The notes under the pieces: generated by a model
What the model was told of the DNA's origin: nothing
Database searches by the model: none
Seen by the model: the letters and a program-made list of their open reading frames with translations, nothing else
Assembly: GCF_036321535.1 (NCBI RefSeq)
Contig: NC_087438.1
Span: 11,100,001 to 11,164,000, forward strand
Origin: Camelus dromedarius
Taxonomy: Eukaryota
Reading direction: 5' to 3'
DNA: 64,000 nucleotides
Translations under genes and position numbers: made by a program
Shown: one piece after another, positions 1 through 11,468 of the stretch
Position numbering within the stretch: position 1 is the first letter of the stretch
Layout of the letters: every line of letters begins with the position of its first letter

Positions 1-1089
1 TGCTACACTGGAGCCAGGCTAAACTGAAACACTTAGTGGAGCACTAACGTTTTGTTTGGAGAATGCAAATGTTTAGTGTGTCGTGTATTAGAGATAGCAA
101 CAAATGTTGGTGGGATGGGTGGGAACTGGACTGATGTGAAAACGGAAATGTGTTTGTAGTTTAAAAACAGTGGCTTTACTCAGTTTTCATGACTTGTGAA
201 TACTGAAAGGTATTAAGAGACATTCAATCTAACTTGCCTTGTATACATTATCAGAAATTCTTAACTGGAGAGTTCATGTAGGCAAACTGCCAAAGCTTAG
301 GAGTGTCTGCAGAAAGGCCAAATACAATTATAATTAAACTAGGGGGTTCAGTAAGTGGCTTTGTGAATTATCACATATATGCTTAATAACTGATTCAGTA
401 ATTGACGCAGACAATCCCAGGGTGCACAAGTCACTGGGCAGGACAATTAAGCCAAATGCCTGGGAATAAATATGTGGAGGACTAGAAGATGAAGGCAGTG
501 ATTTCCAGCTCTTTGGAACCCCAAACAATTTATAGTGTAAGGGGATCCTGAGAAATTTCTTACCCCTTTTAAACTTATAGATGTGATATAGACCCATGAG
601 GCATTCTCCTCCTGGGGTTTGCAAGTCTGTGGGAAGATGTGATAGGTCAGCTCATTAGAAAAGCACCCTACAATTTGGTTGTCTGTCCCAGAGAATGCAG
701 ATCTTCCTCCCCCCAAGTAAAACTACAGTGATCCCAGAGTAAAAAGCAAAGCAGTAACTTTGGCAGCAGAACTTCAAGACAAAATCAGGAAAATAGTTAG
801 ATAGAATTAGGCAGTCCTCCTCCCCAACCACAGAGGCTAACAATAATCACTGGTAAAAGCTGGAAAAGTTAGAAAATGCACAAAGGAAGCGAGTGGCTCC
901 AGATAAGAGAAGGACAAAGTCATAGAAGATGCAGTGTCGGGGGGAGTCAGCAGGACCCTGGGTCTGGGGGACTAAGCAAGGCAGCCTCTGAGAGTTTGGT
1001 GAGCAAAAATTAAGAATCGAAGTTGATAGTCTGGGAGCAAAGCAGGTTACAAGTCCATATTAGATATCAGATGAAGTGGGTAAATACAT

Positions 1090-2125
1090 GTGTGGCGATT
1101 ATGAGAACTTTGGCTGTTATTCTAAGTGAGACGGAAGACAGAGGAAAGCTTAGAACAGTTGCGAGACATGGCTTCATTTGTTTAAAAAGGATCATTCTGG
1201 CTGACTTTCTCACAGACTATATGCTGAAAAAATATATATTGAAAGGGGAAGCAGAGAGTGCAGTAAGGAGGGTATGGTAGTATTTCTGGTGCAAGGTGGT
1301 AATGTCTCGGACTGCAGAACAGAGGTAGAAGTAAGGATGAGAGGCTGCAGTCTAAACATGTTTCGAAAGTAGAGCTACCATAATATCCTGACAGGTTGTG
1401 AGAAAAAGAGAGGAGCTAGGGATGACACCAAGAATTTTCTCCCGAACAAATATGAAAATGCAACTGCCATTTACTGAGAATACAACAGAAGAAACAAGTT
1501 TGGTTTTGGATGTGTTGGGTTTGCAATATTTATTAGACTTCCAAGTGGGAATACCGGGGAGACAATTAGATATACTGATCTAAAATTCAAGGAAGAGAAC
1601 TGGGCTAGAGATACAAATAGAGAAATAATTTTGTGGATGGTATTTAAAGCCATGACACTGGATAAGGACACAAAGAGAATGAGTGTAGATTAAGAAGAAA
1701 AAAAGGACTGATTGGAATAATTACTCTGAAGTTCAGAGGCTGGGAGATGAGTAGGAACACATGAAGGTGATGGAGAAGAGGCAGCCATTGAGGTAGTTGG
1801 AAAAAGAGAGAAGTGTAGGTTCTGGACGCCAAGAGAAGAGCAAGCTTCAGGAAAGGCAGATCAACTGAGTTAAATGGAGTTGACAAATTGAGCAAGAGAA
1901 CAAACTGAGACTAAGCATTGGTGAGCAATGAGGACACTGACCAGAACAGCTTGGTGGAGTGGTGGAGGGGAGAGCCTGGCTGGGAGGGGTCAAGACAGAG
2001 TGAGAGGGAAAAAAGGTAAAACAGCAATGCATGAAACTCCTTTAAGGATAGGGTTCTGTGGTCAAGGGATGGACAGAAAATTATGCAGCTTGTTTGAAAG
2101 GTCATGGGATGATCAAGTCAAGTAG
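1090..2125 (-). mobile_element. LINE-2 fragment (degenerate ORF2/RT region)
   Basis: Typical antisense L2 purine-rich sequence. The minus-strand translation 'LNLSTPFNSVDLPFL' resembles the RT motif LDLSAAFDTVDH. Confidence 0.8.
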
Positions 2126-2135
2126 GAGAAGATGA

Positions 2136-2470
2136 TGTCTTAATTTAGGATTCTTCAGAAACGGACCCTGAAATAAAAATTTGAGGGCAAGTAACTTATT
2201 TGTTAAGTGTAGGAAACGCCAGAGAAAGGTGTGGTAGGAAAAGGGAGAGATGCATTATCAAGCCAGCTACCACTGTGCATGCCTGGTATTTAATCCCCTG
2301 GGCAAATGCTGGGAAACCCAAGCTTCAGAAGCATCCCACCGAAGGACATGGGAGTAGGGGTATTGATACACTGTTTCTCATCTGTTGTTGGTTGAAGGCT
2401 GCCAGGGAAGGGGGTGGGGAAGTGTTAATACCCAAGTACTTCCAGCTGGCCAACCTGAGGGCAAAATGAC
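2136..2470 (-). mobile_element. ERVL-type solo LTR (LTR33/LTR16 group)
   Basis: Starts TGTCTT...CAGAAACGGACCCTGAAATAAAAATTTGAGGGCAAGTAACTTATTT, resembling the antisense terminus of this family. Confidence 0.6.
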
Positions 2471-2559
2471 CTTTCCACTTTGGGGGAATGACCTCACTTT
2501 CTATATGCTGAAGCCTTCCAAATAGGTATATCCAGTGATGCTCTCCCCACATACTTAAC

Positions 2560-3045
2560 TCATCAGTTTAACTGCTGCCTAAAGGCTCATTTGTGCATCT
2601 AATTGTTCTTTTAAGTTTAGTACATCCAAAACAAATTCCCCTTCAGACAATCAGTCCTAAAGCACTTCTCCATCCTCCCCAACCACCCTCCACTTTCCTG
2701 CTCAAGCAAAGACCAAGATGCCATCTTTTAATTTCCTCTTTTCTCATAAAATACACAATCAGGTGAGTTTTATTGGCTCTACCTCCAAAATACATCTTGA
2801 ATCTAACAATTTTTTACCTTCTCCACTATTGTGCTGATGAAAGTCAGATTTCTCTCACCTATTCTAGGGCAGAGGACTTTTAACACGTCTCTGGACTTCT
2901 AAGAGCTGTCAGTTTTTCACAATAAGGCCTGCTGATGTGAAAAATATCAGTCAAGTCAAATTAGTTTCTTACTTAAAACCCCCCTGTTTTGCATTATAGT
3001 TAGAATAAAGTTCAAAATGATTATCATGCCCAAAAAACCCTATAT
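2560..3045 (+). mobile_element. LINE-2 fragment
   Basis: Motifs CATCCAAAACAAATTC and CTCTACCTCCAAAATACATCTTGAATC, typical of the L2 3' region. Confidence 0.65.
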
Positions 3046-3539
3046 AAGCTTTTTTCTTTTTCAAGAAAGTCACACTGAATTCCAGGAAAGTTTTATATTA
3101 TCCATAGTTAAGAGAGAAAATGTGCTGCAATATTCCTTGGCTATTGTGCAGCTTTTCTACATGACATAAGATTTTGGCTTTTAATACAGACTAAGTCTTG
3201 ATAAAGACATTGACAATACAATTTCTTCATGTTGAACGAATGTATATTATTCATACATGCAATAGTGTATTTAAATGTGATGGAAACTGAATAGAGTGGC
3301 ATTTTCAGGGGCCAGTAGTGTTGGGAAATTTTGCTTTTTGTTCATTTATTTTCTACATAATTTAAAATTTCCCATTTAAGCATCAGTGTATTTTAATACA
3401 GTTTTTTTTTAACTATCATGGATGGAAATATTATTACATTTACGTATTTTTTTCTTCCTTCTCAAGTGAACAAAGTGTGTTATCTCCTAGGTGTGCAGTT
3501 GGCTTTAAGTAACAGTTTTTATCCTTCCATTAAAGGTAG

Positions 3540-3900
3540 GCAGTTGCTGCTGTTGCCCCAGGGGTTCTGTGTATGTAGGACTCCTGGTCACTGTCGTTAC
3601 AATTCTCTTGGTATTTCTCTGAAGTTCACAAGTTGGCTACCACCGTTTCCAGTAACAGTGGAGTTGAAAGTGGGAAGGAGAGAGAAGAAATAGTGGCAGA
3701 GCTATCGCTGAATTTTATTCACTAGCAAAATTTATTCCAGGTGCTCCTAGTGAATTTTGCTTATATTTCTTTGGCCAAGACAAGGCCATATGGCCATTCT
3801 TAACTACTGGGGGTTCTGGAAAAACAAGTATTTAACTTTTGACCTAAAGAGAAGAGGAAGGCGATGGAGAAGGAGGGGGGGGATGTGGGTTGTGTGAGCC
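3540..3900 (-). mobile_element. MaLR (MLT1-like) LTR fragment
   Basis: TTGCTTATATTTCTTTGGCCAAGAC...ATGGCCATTCTTAACTAC motif typical of old MLT1. Confidence 0.55.
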
Positions 3901-3929
3901 AGCCAAAGTGCATGACGTGTAACGGTTAT

Positions 3930-4395
3930 GTGTATTATTTGTTGAGCCATAAAGTGTTATCTTCAGGGGCTACTAAAGAATGCTGTTACATGCACGTTCA
4001 GCAATATCACTGCTCCCTCTTCCACAGTGTGGGTGTGGCTAGGGACAGTAGGCTGGCCAGGGGTTACATTTTCCAGACTCCTTCGTACCCAGATGAGGCC
4101 ATTGAACTTGTTCTCTCATCAGTGGGATGTCAGCAGGTGTGATGGGGTATGACTCTCCACTTACCCTTTGTGCCTTCCGCCAGCTGCATGTGGACGATGT
4201 TGTGATTGGCAGATTTATAAGATAGAAGCCTGGATCCCTGAGTCACCATATGGAGAATAATCTCCAGTGGACTACTTACATGGGCTTAGATTATTTTATA
4301 AGTGATAAATAAATTTCTCTTGTATTAAGGCAAATCACTAAACTTTGGAGGTTTATTTATTACAGGCGCTAGTATTATCTTACCTAAGACAATAC
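3930..4395 (+). mobile_element. MaLR (MLT1-like) solo LTR
   Basis: CATTTTCCAGACTCC, AATAAATTTCTCTTGTATTAAG and an MLT1-like 3' terminus. Confidence 0.65.
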
Positions 4396-5149
4396 CCCAT
4401 GCTTATATCACCCTAGATTTCTTGTTTCTTGTTTCTATTTTTTCTTTATTCAGTTTTCCCATTTTCCCTTTATTTTTCTCATTACCTTACTTTTAAGTAG
4501 CTGTAACTATTTTTTTTGTAGTTTGTGAAATATGTTGAGCAATACTCCTTCTAATGCCTTGCTTCTAGTTTTCTGTGTTCTAAGAAACCAGATAAATATG
4601 TTAGGACTCTGAATGAATACTATACCTCTCTGAGCTAATAAGCACAGGAACTTTGTGATGCTGGTTTAGGGTATTATGGGGTCTCAGGTGACTTGCCTCC
4701 TGGTATAGGACAGGTGCCTGATGAAGGACAAAGAGATAGGGAATTGCATGTTAAGTGTACAATCAAGGGTAAGGTACAATGGTTGGGCACAGTAAGTGAA
4801 TATTGTAATATTTTGAATTAAAGCAAATGGCTACTTTGTTTCCCAGATCTGTAAAGGGAATTTTTGTGAGCAGATGGAGTTTCAAGGGTCCTATATAAAG
4901 TGTTTATTCTATTAAGCTATTTATTTTATACTTCTTAAAAATGTCTAAATTATTTATCTAAACTATCTAGCCATCAATCATTATGGCTATGTTGAAGATT
5001 CATGTTGCATAATGAATAATGAATACTTTTTTTGAAATATAATTAAGTTTCAAAAGATTTCAAAAGATGTTTCACTCTTTTGAAGTGAAACACATAGTAA
5101 TCTCCACTGAAAGCCAGGCTTGGTCCAAAATGAGGCTGGCATGTGATGG

Positions 5150-5330
5150 CATGATATTGGTGGCAGAAAGCAGTGAGAAATACCATAGGCTTTGCAAATA
5201 TCTCTTGGTTCCAGTCTTGCTGTGCATCATTTTAAGATTTATTCAACTTTTCTGAGCCTCAGTATACCCATCAATAAAGCTGAGTCTAGAAGCACTGCCT
5301 AAGTGATGAACACTAGGTAAGACATGCAAA
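5150..5330 (+). mobile_element. MIR SINE fragment
   Basis: Core AACTTTTCTGAGCCTCAGT...CATCAATAAA. Confidence 0.55.
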
Positions 5331-6554
5331 ACATTTAATTCAAAACAGTACAGTGTCAATAATGAAATAAAATTAATGTGTGCTCTTTTTTTCTTCTCTA
5401 ATTTCACAAATTAGGTAGTAATATATTAAATGTTCTGGGGAGGGGATGATAATCATTTTTCTGTCTGATACAAATATTTGGTTTTTTAACATATTAACTA
5501 CAAAACAGTATTTCCTGTTTTAGATAACACACACATTGTAATACAAATCTACTCTTGAACTGACTTGTCATCTTCTATCATAATTGCTGTAACAGAATAT
5601 GCAAATCTAACTATATCCTGAACTACAAAAATAACTAATGATGAGCAGGTGATTCAGATTTTGGAAGGCAATCCAGTATGTCCAAGGGGGAAAAAAGTCA
5701 ACATAAATGTGAATAAACTATGGTTTGGTTCATTTTTTTCCTTTTAAAAACTGATACTTATTATGTACATTTTTAGTATTTTTTTTTTAAATCAGAGAGT
5801 CCAGCTTTGAATGAGTTTCATGGGAGAGTTCATTGTGTCTACAGTATTTCCCAGGGAAACCTATGGCAATGATGTGCTCCTCTGTACACCTGGCAACCAA
5901 CGGTCCGGCTGAAGGAAAGAGCTGCACTGACTGGTTCCTCGCACTCTGGCTCCAAGGGGCTCTGGAAGCCTGTCTATTCCCAGTGCCAAATACAGAAAAT
6001 TAACCTGAACCTCGGAGGCTCTGCCCCTAGAGAAAATGGGCTCATAAGGTGTTGTAAATCAAACTGGTGTTTGAATCTAATATTCTAAAAATTTACTACT
6101 AGAGAAGAATATGTTCCCATTACTCAGAGTGTGGATATATTTATTAAAGTAGCTGAAAGTTAGTTGAGTTATTGAGTCATTGAGTTAGCCACTGAAAAAT
6201 AGAAACACAAATGTGAATATCAATTCAAACTTAGATTTTTCTACTTTTATGTTTTCCTGTTTGCATCAGGTTCACACAGGACAAAATAACTGGACAATTT
6301 AATTTAGCAATAGGACAATTCCTTTCATCAGTGGAGCCTTTAATTCTGATACCCCCAAATTCAAGGTTAGGCTGCTGTGCCTAAATCAGTGCTGAGTAGA
6401 CACAGATGTAAATCTGATAAACACTAAGGAATCAGTGATCATGAAGACTTTTGCTTTCCCATGGGACTCTATGTGTAAGAAGAGGAACTGGAAGGTGTTG
6501 TAAATGACAATATGGAAAGAATATGTAGAAATAGGTCTTGTTGTGGGAAGAGAG

Positions 6555-6860
6555 CTTCTTTTTTCAAGTTACACTTGTAATTTTGAGATATTTGTAGTTT
6601 TACATGCATTTGTAAGAAATAATACAGAGGTATCCCATTTACCACCTAACCTAGCTTCCTCCAATGATAAAATCTTGCGAACTGTAGTACAATATCCCAG
6701 CCAAGATAATGACATGGCTACAGCCAAGATACAGAACATTTCCAAAACCATGACAATCTCTCTTGTTGTCCTTTTATAACCACATGCACTTCCATTCAGA
6801 ACCCACCTTAACCCGTTCAGCCATGAACCTGATCACCATCTTTATAAATTTATCATTTCA
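6555..6860 (-). mobile_element. Old L1 (L1MC-like) 3' end
   Basis: TTGTAAGAAATAATACAGAG...CCCATTTACC...CAATATCCCAGCCAAG, an antisense L1M 3' UTR pattern. Confidence 0.65.
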
Positions 6861-6882
6861 AGGATTTGGGAAGTTTTTAGCC

Positions 6883-7368
6883 TGCCTTTCTTTCTTTCTT
6901 TCCTTCCTTCCTTCCTTTTTCTTTCTTTCTTTTTGTAATTGAATGAAAGATTTTAAAAATTCAACAGTGTTTTATAATTTTCAGAAGTTTCATACATATG
7001 ATTTCATATAATCCCGTAATAATCCTTTTTTAAAAAAAATCCCCTGTCCCTGTACTTCCCATCCCTGCTTCCCTCTCCCTGCTGGTAACCACTAGTTTTT
7101 TCTCTAGATCCATGAGTCAGCTTCTTTTTTGTTTTATTCACTAGATTGTTGTATTTTTTAGATTCCACATATAAGTGATATCATACAGTATTTGTCTTTC
7201 TCTGTCTGAATTATTTCACTTAGCATAATGCCCTTCAAGTCCATCTATGTTGCTGCAAATGGCAAATTTTCATTATTTTTCACAGCTGAGTAATATTCCA
7301 TTGTATATATATACTACATCTTTTTTATCCATTCATCTGTTGATAGACACTTAGGTTGTGTCCATACC
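6883..7368 (-). mobile_element. Younger L1 3' end nested in an older L1
   Basis: TAGATTCCACATATAAGTGATATCATACAGTATTTGTCTTTCTCTGTCTG... with a (CTTT/CCTT)n tail. Flanking repeat TTTAGCC (6876-6882 / 7369-7375) splits the host motif GGGAAGTTTTTAGCCATTATTTCTTCAAATA. Confidence 0.85.
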
Positions 7369-7375
7369 TTTAGCC

Positions 7376-8200
7376 ATTATTTCTTCAAATACTTCAGTTT
7401 TTCCTTCTTTCCCCTCTCCACGGGAGAGTCTGAAGACACAAATGTTAAATCTTTGATTATATTCCCAACAATCCTTAAGGCTCTGTCATTTTTTTCAGTC
7501 TATTGTCTCCTTATTCAGATTGGGTAATGTCTATTGTTCTGTCTAACAATTCACTGATTCTCTCCTCTGTCTCTTCCATCCAGCTGTTCAGCCCATCCAC
7601 TGAGCTTTTCTATTTCAGTTACTGTATTTTTCAGTTCTGAATTTCTCACTTGGTTCTTCTTCATATCTTCTCCTTCTTTGCTGAGGCTTTCTGTTTTTTC
7701 ATTTATTATAAGCATTTTTGTAATTGCTCATTGAAGTACTTTTTCCCATGGCTTTAAAATTATTGTCAGATAATTCTAATATCTCTGTCATCTTGGTGTT
7801 GACATCTGTTGTCTTTTTTCATTCTGTTTGAAACCTTCCTGGTTCTTGGTATGATGAAGGATTTTCCATTGAAACCTGGACATTTTCAGATAATATTATG
7901 AGCCTGAGTCTGACTTAAACCTTCTGTCTCAACTATGCCACCTTGTACCCATCAGGTGGAAGTGGCAGTTCAGGTCCCCATTCAACTGCTATTGACATTG
8001 AAGGTAAGGGGGCTCCTTCTTACTGCTGGTGGGGAGAGAGTCCTGGTTCCCCATCTGGACCACCCCATGTGGTCCCCCACTGACACTGTGGTGGGCTTGG
8101 CCCTGTGACTCCTGGATGAAGGTAGAAGTCCTGACTCTCCCCTGATTTCACTTTAGGAGGGGGGAGAGGCACTTGCTACTCCCACACTGCCAGGGACACC
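7376..8200 (-). mobile_element. Old L1M fragment (ORF1/5' region)
   Basis: Antisense L1M motifs TCAGATTGGGTAAT...TTCACTGATTCT...AGCCCATCCACTGAG...TTTCAGTTACTGTATTTTTCAGTTCT. Confidence 0.7.
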
Positions 8201-10001
8201 TGTGTGTCTGATTGGGTGAGCCTCATAATGGGTCCCCACCTAACCAGGAAGTCCACCACCACCACCACAACCATAACTGACAAGCTCCCACAGGAAGCCC
8301 ACAGTTGGAATATGAGTGAAAGTTTCCCAAAGGACAGGAACTGGTGCTCTCAGAGCAAAAAAGGAAAAGGTACTGGGTGCAGGGGAAAAACAGTGCCTGG
8401 TACATTATTATTAAGTTTTGGGATGACTTAGAATGCTTACTTTTAAATATTTCCAGTGATTGTGGCCTCTTAAAAAAGGCAGAGGGAGAGAAAGTGGAAC
8501 AACATTTAAATCATTTTCTCTCTTTGTTCAACGTTCGTTCCTTCTCCAAGTTTTACTGAGTGACCACGTTGTGTTAGGAACTGTGCTAGCTATTGGGAAC
8601 CCACTGGTGAAAACCCGCCATTCTTTTCACAAGACACTTACAGATCCATATTGAAAGTTGGGGGATTAGGTTTGGCAGCTGGGAGAAAAGACTGGAATGT
8701 TTTGTTAACATCATATATTTGTATAATATCTTACTTTTGAAATTCAAAACATATACACACCTGAGTACACCTGCATTTTATACAGAAGTAGTGCTTTTCT
8801 TTCATTTTGCTTAACTACTTTTTTTTCTCTGAGATTTTACAGTGACTATGACAACATGTATTTATAATCAGAAGGATGTTAAAAACCATTTTTTCCTGTT
8901 TTGTTTTACTGGAATTTCTTAAATTGTATTGTCTCTATTCTGCTTTAGGGCAGGCAATAGAGCCTTGAAAATATATACAGGTTTTAATTTCAAAGGATAT
9001 AAATGTAGTCACTACAACTTACTTTGCACTGTTAGCTTTGCTGTGCTATTAAAGATCCCGGAAGGTGACTGAACCAAAAGGGAGGACAGTGACTCGAGAT
9101 GCATGATGGCCAGGTCAAGAGGGTCAGTGGAGTGGGGAGGAGAGGGCCTGAACCTGACTCCATCTGCCACTGACCACGTGACTCGAGACACTGAAACTTT
9201 ATGAGTTTCAGTTTCTTCTCCTGTCAGTTTCTCAATTTGTAGACCTCAAAAGAGGAACTGATGACCAGGGAGATAACTGCCTAGAAAAAAGCAAGTTGTC
9301 CACTCAACAGCAAATATCAAGACGAGAGTTCATCATTCCATCACTTCACAGAGGGTTAATCTTCAACTGTGTCTCTAAAACGATCTGATCCACGATTAGA
9401 ATCAAAGCCATTCCATCAGTGGTGATGGAAAATCACAAGGCCCAGGTGAGCAGAAACCCATTTTGGATGAAGATAATGTACACATCTGTTCATTTCTAGA
9501 TTGGGTTTATATTTTCAGGTGGTGTCTCTGAAAACCCATTTAACTCTTCCATATTTTTGACATTCTACCCTTATTTCCTATTTAGGGTCCATGACACAAG
9601 TTTTTAATTTAACTTGGCAGGCCTGGGAAACACATATCATTGGCCAGGCAGTGTGCTAGGATTATATATATGAAAAGATGAATTGAAATACAGTTTTAAT
9701 CTGTTTGGACTGGGACAGTTGATATGTTATTAGTAGAACACAAATCTATTTAATCCTGTCCTTGAAAATAGGTAATTTATTATTTTTCTTTCAATACATG
9801 ATCTCTCCAGAACAATAAATCTAATTTTTAAAATTTTGAAACATGATATTTTATCTCTAAGAAAATTGTACTAAATTAAGGGAGACTGCCCAGATAGAAT
9901 CTACAGAAGGTCAAGTCACTAAAAATTTTTGCATGTGGTCCCAAGCCTTTCAAGAAATAGATAATTATACAAATACTGGATCTCCATTCCGGTAAGATAT
10001 A

Positions 10002-10017
10002 TGTGTGTGTGTGTGTC

Positions 10018-10040
<23 letters not shown>
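10002..10040. repeat. (TG)n microsatellite
   Basis: Seen directly, with one interruption. Confidence 0.95.
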
Positions 10041-10048
<8 letters not shown>

Positions 10049-10919
10049 TTTAATTTGAAACATATGACACCCAAAAGGGGAAACTGTGCTGTGTTCTTGC
10101 CTCCATACAAAGTAATTTGCTCTGTGAATGCCCTGGTCTTCACTAAGATGCAATGTTTTAAAATTCTAGGTATTTATATGGAAAGAGAATAAAACATTAA
10201 GAAGAATTTCCTTTTTCCATTTAAAGGAGGGACCACCAAAGGGCCATTTTAAGACTCTAGAAGTGTCACATAAATCTCCAAAAGAGGTTTGTAATGTATT
10301 AAACAAAGGGTAACGCCAACCACAAGGAAAAAAAAAAAATCAGAAACGGGGAGAAAATACACTTCCTGGCTCGGAAGCTCTTAAAAGTTCTGAGCCAGGA
10401 AACCTCCCGCACCGGGGCGTGGAATGTCTTTGGCTCTGCAGTGACTCCCTGCTAGGTTCCCCTCAATTTTTCCCTCCCTCTCTCCTCCATTCCCAGCCAC
10501 AGTTCCCTAACGTGGGTGCCACAGGAGGATGCCAGCACACGTACCTGAAATTGTCCGGCAGAATCAGCCTCTGTTGCAAGTTAATTTTAAATGTCCCCAC
10601 ACTTAAAACAGGCCGTATTTGCAGGCCAACCCAAGGGATTTCAAACGACGCCTGGAAGCTCATCGTACTAATTAGGGGCTCAGCCTATAAAAGAACAATA
10701 GTAAAACAGAACCAAGGACACGTTCCTCCGCTCAAAGCGGTTCGCTGGTGGCGCGCAGGGCCTGCGCCGAGGCTGGGTTTGGGAGCCGGAGCCCCGAAAA
10801 GGCGCGCTGCCCCTTTAAAAGGCCGCGCATCTCCGGGCCGGCCTTCCTCCCCGGGGCTCCAGCTGTGATTGACGCTGGGCGGCGAGAGGAGGCGCCTGGC
10901 GCTAACAAAAGTCCGGCCC

Positions 10920-11468
10920 GTGGGCGAGCGGCGCCGGGCCGCGAGTCTCTGCTGGCTCTGGGCGCCCGCAACAAGTGGCCGCCGCGCTCCCTCCCCGGGG
11001 AAGCCGCGGGTGCGCAGGGGCGCCCGGAGGAGGCAGCGGAGCCCGGGAGCCTCGGCCGCCCGCGCGGCTCAGCGCCCACCTCCGGGGGATCGGGGCGGGC
11101 GGATGGGGACCCGGCGGCGGCGGCGCGGCGAGCCTCTGGGCGGCCCCGGGGCGCGGGCTCTCCGCGGCGCAGCGCCCGCTGGCCCCGAAGGCGGATTCTA
11201 AGGGCGGCGGCCGCTCCCGGCCCCACCCGGCGCCATCGGGGGTGCCCGGAGGGGACGGAGAGCCCCCACCCACCCGAGTGCAGGGGCCGCCCCCGGTCGG
11301 AGATCGGTCCCGGAGCGTGGGGTATGCGCAGCTAACGGTCCCGTCGGGCGGGCTTTCCTCTGGCGGAGCGCACAGGCGGTGCGCCCCAGCTATGGAGTGT
11401 CCCGGGAGACGGCGGGCATGACGGCGGCAGGATGGGCGCGAACAATGGCAAACAGTACGGCAGTGAGG
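10920..11468 (+). other. FBXL7: FBXL7 exon 1 (GC-rich 5' UTR plus coding start); TSS approximate
   Basis: 3' end is fixed by the donor at 11469. The 5' end is inferred from CpG-island position and my recollection of a ~0.5 kb human 5' UTR. Confidence 0.65.
11432..11468 (+). CDS. FBXL7: FBXL7 first coding exon segment (MGANNGKQYGSE + first base of Gly13; phase-1 intron follows)
   Basis: ATG at 11432 in strong Kozak context (aggATGG). The translation MGANNGKQYGSEG matches the N-terminus of mammalian FBXL7 as I recall it. Followed directly by a consensus donor AGG|GTGAGT at 11469. Lies inside a CpG island. Confidence 0.93.

Noticed and set aside
11007..11015. Possible donor CGG|GTGCGC making a short non-coding first exon
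   Set aside because: Weaker than the donor at 11469, which fits the recognised FBXL7 coding exon.
11360..11431. In-frame CTG that could extend FBXL7 N-terminally by 24 aa
   Set aside because: Weak -3 context (C) and no supporting evidence.
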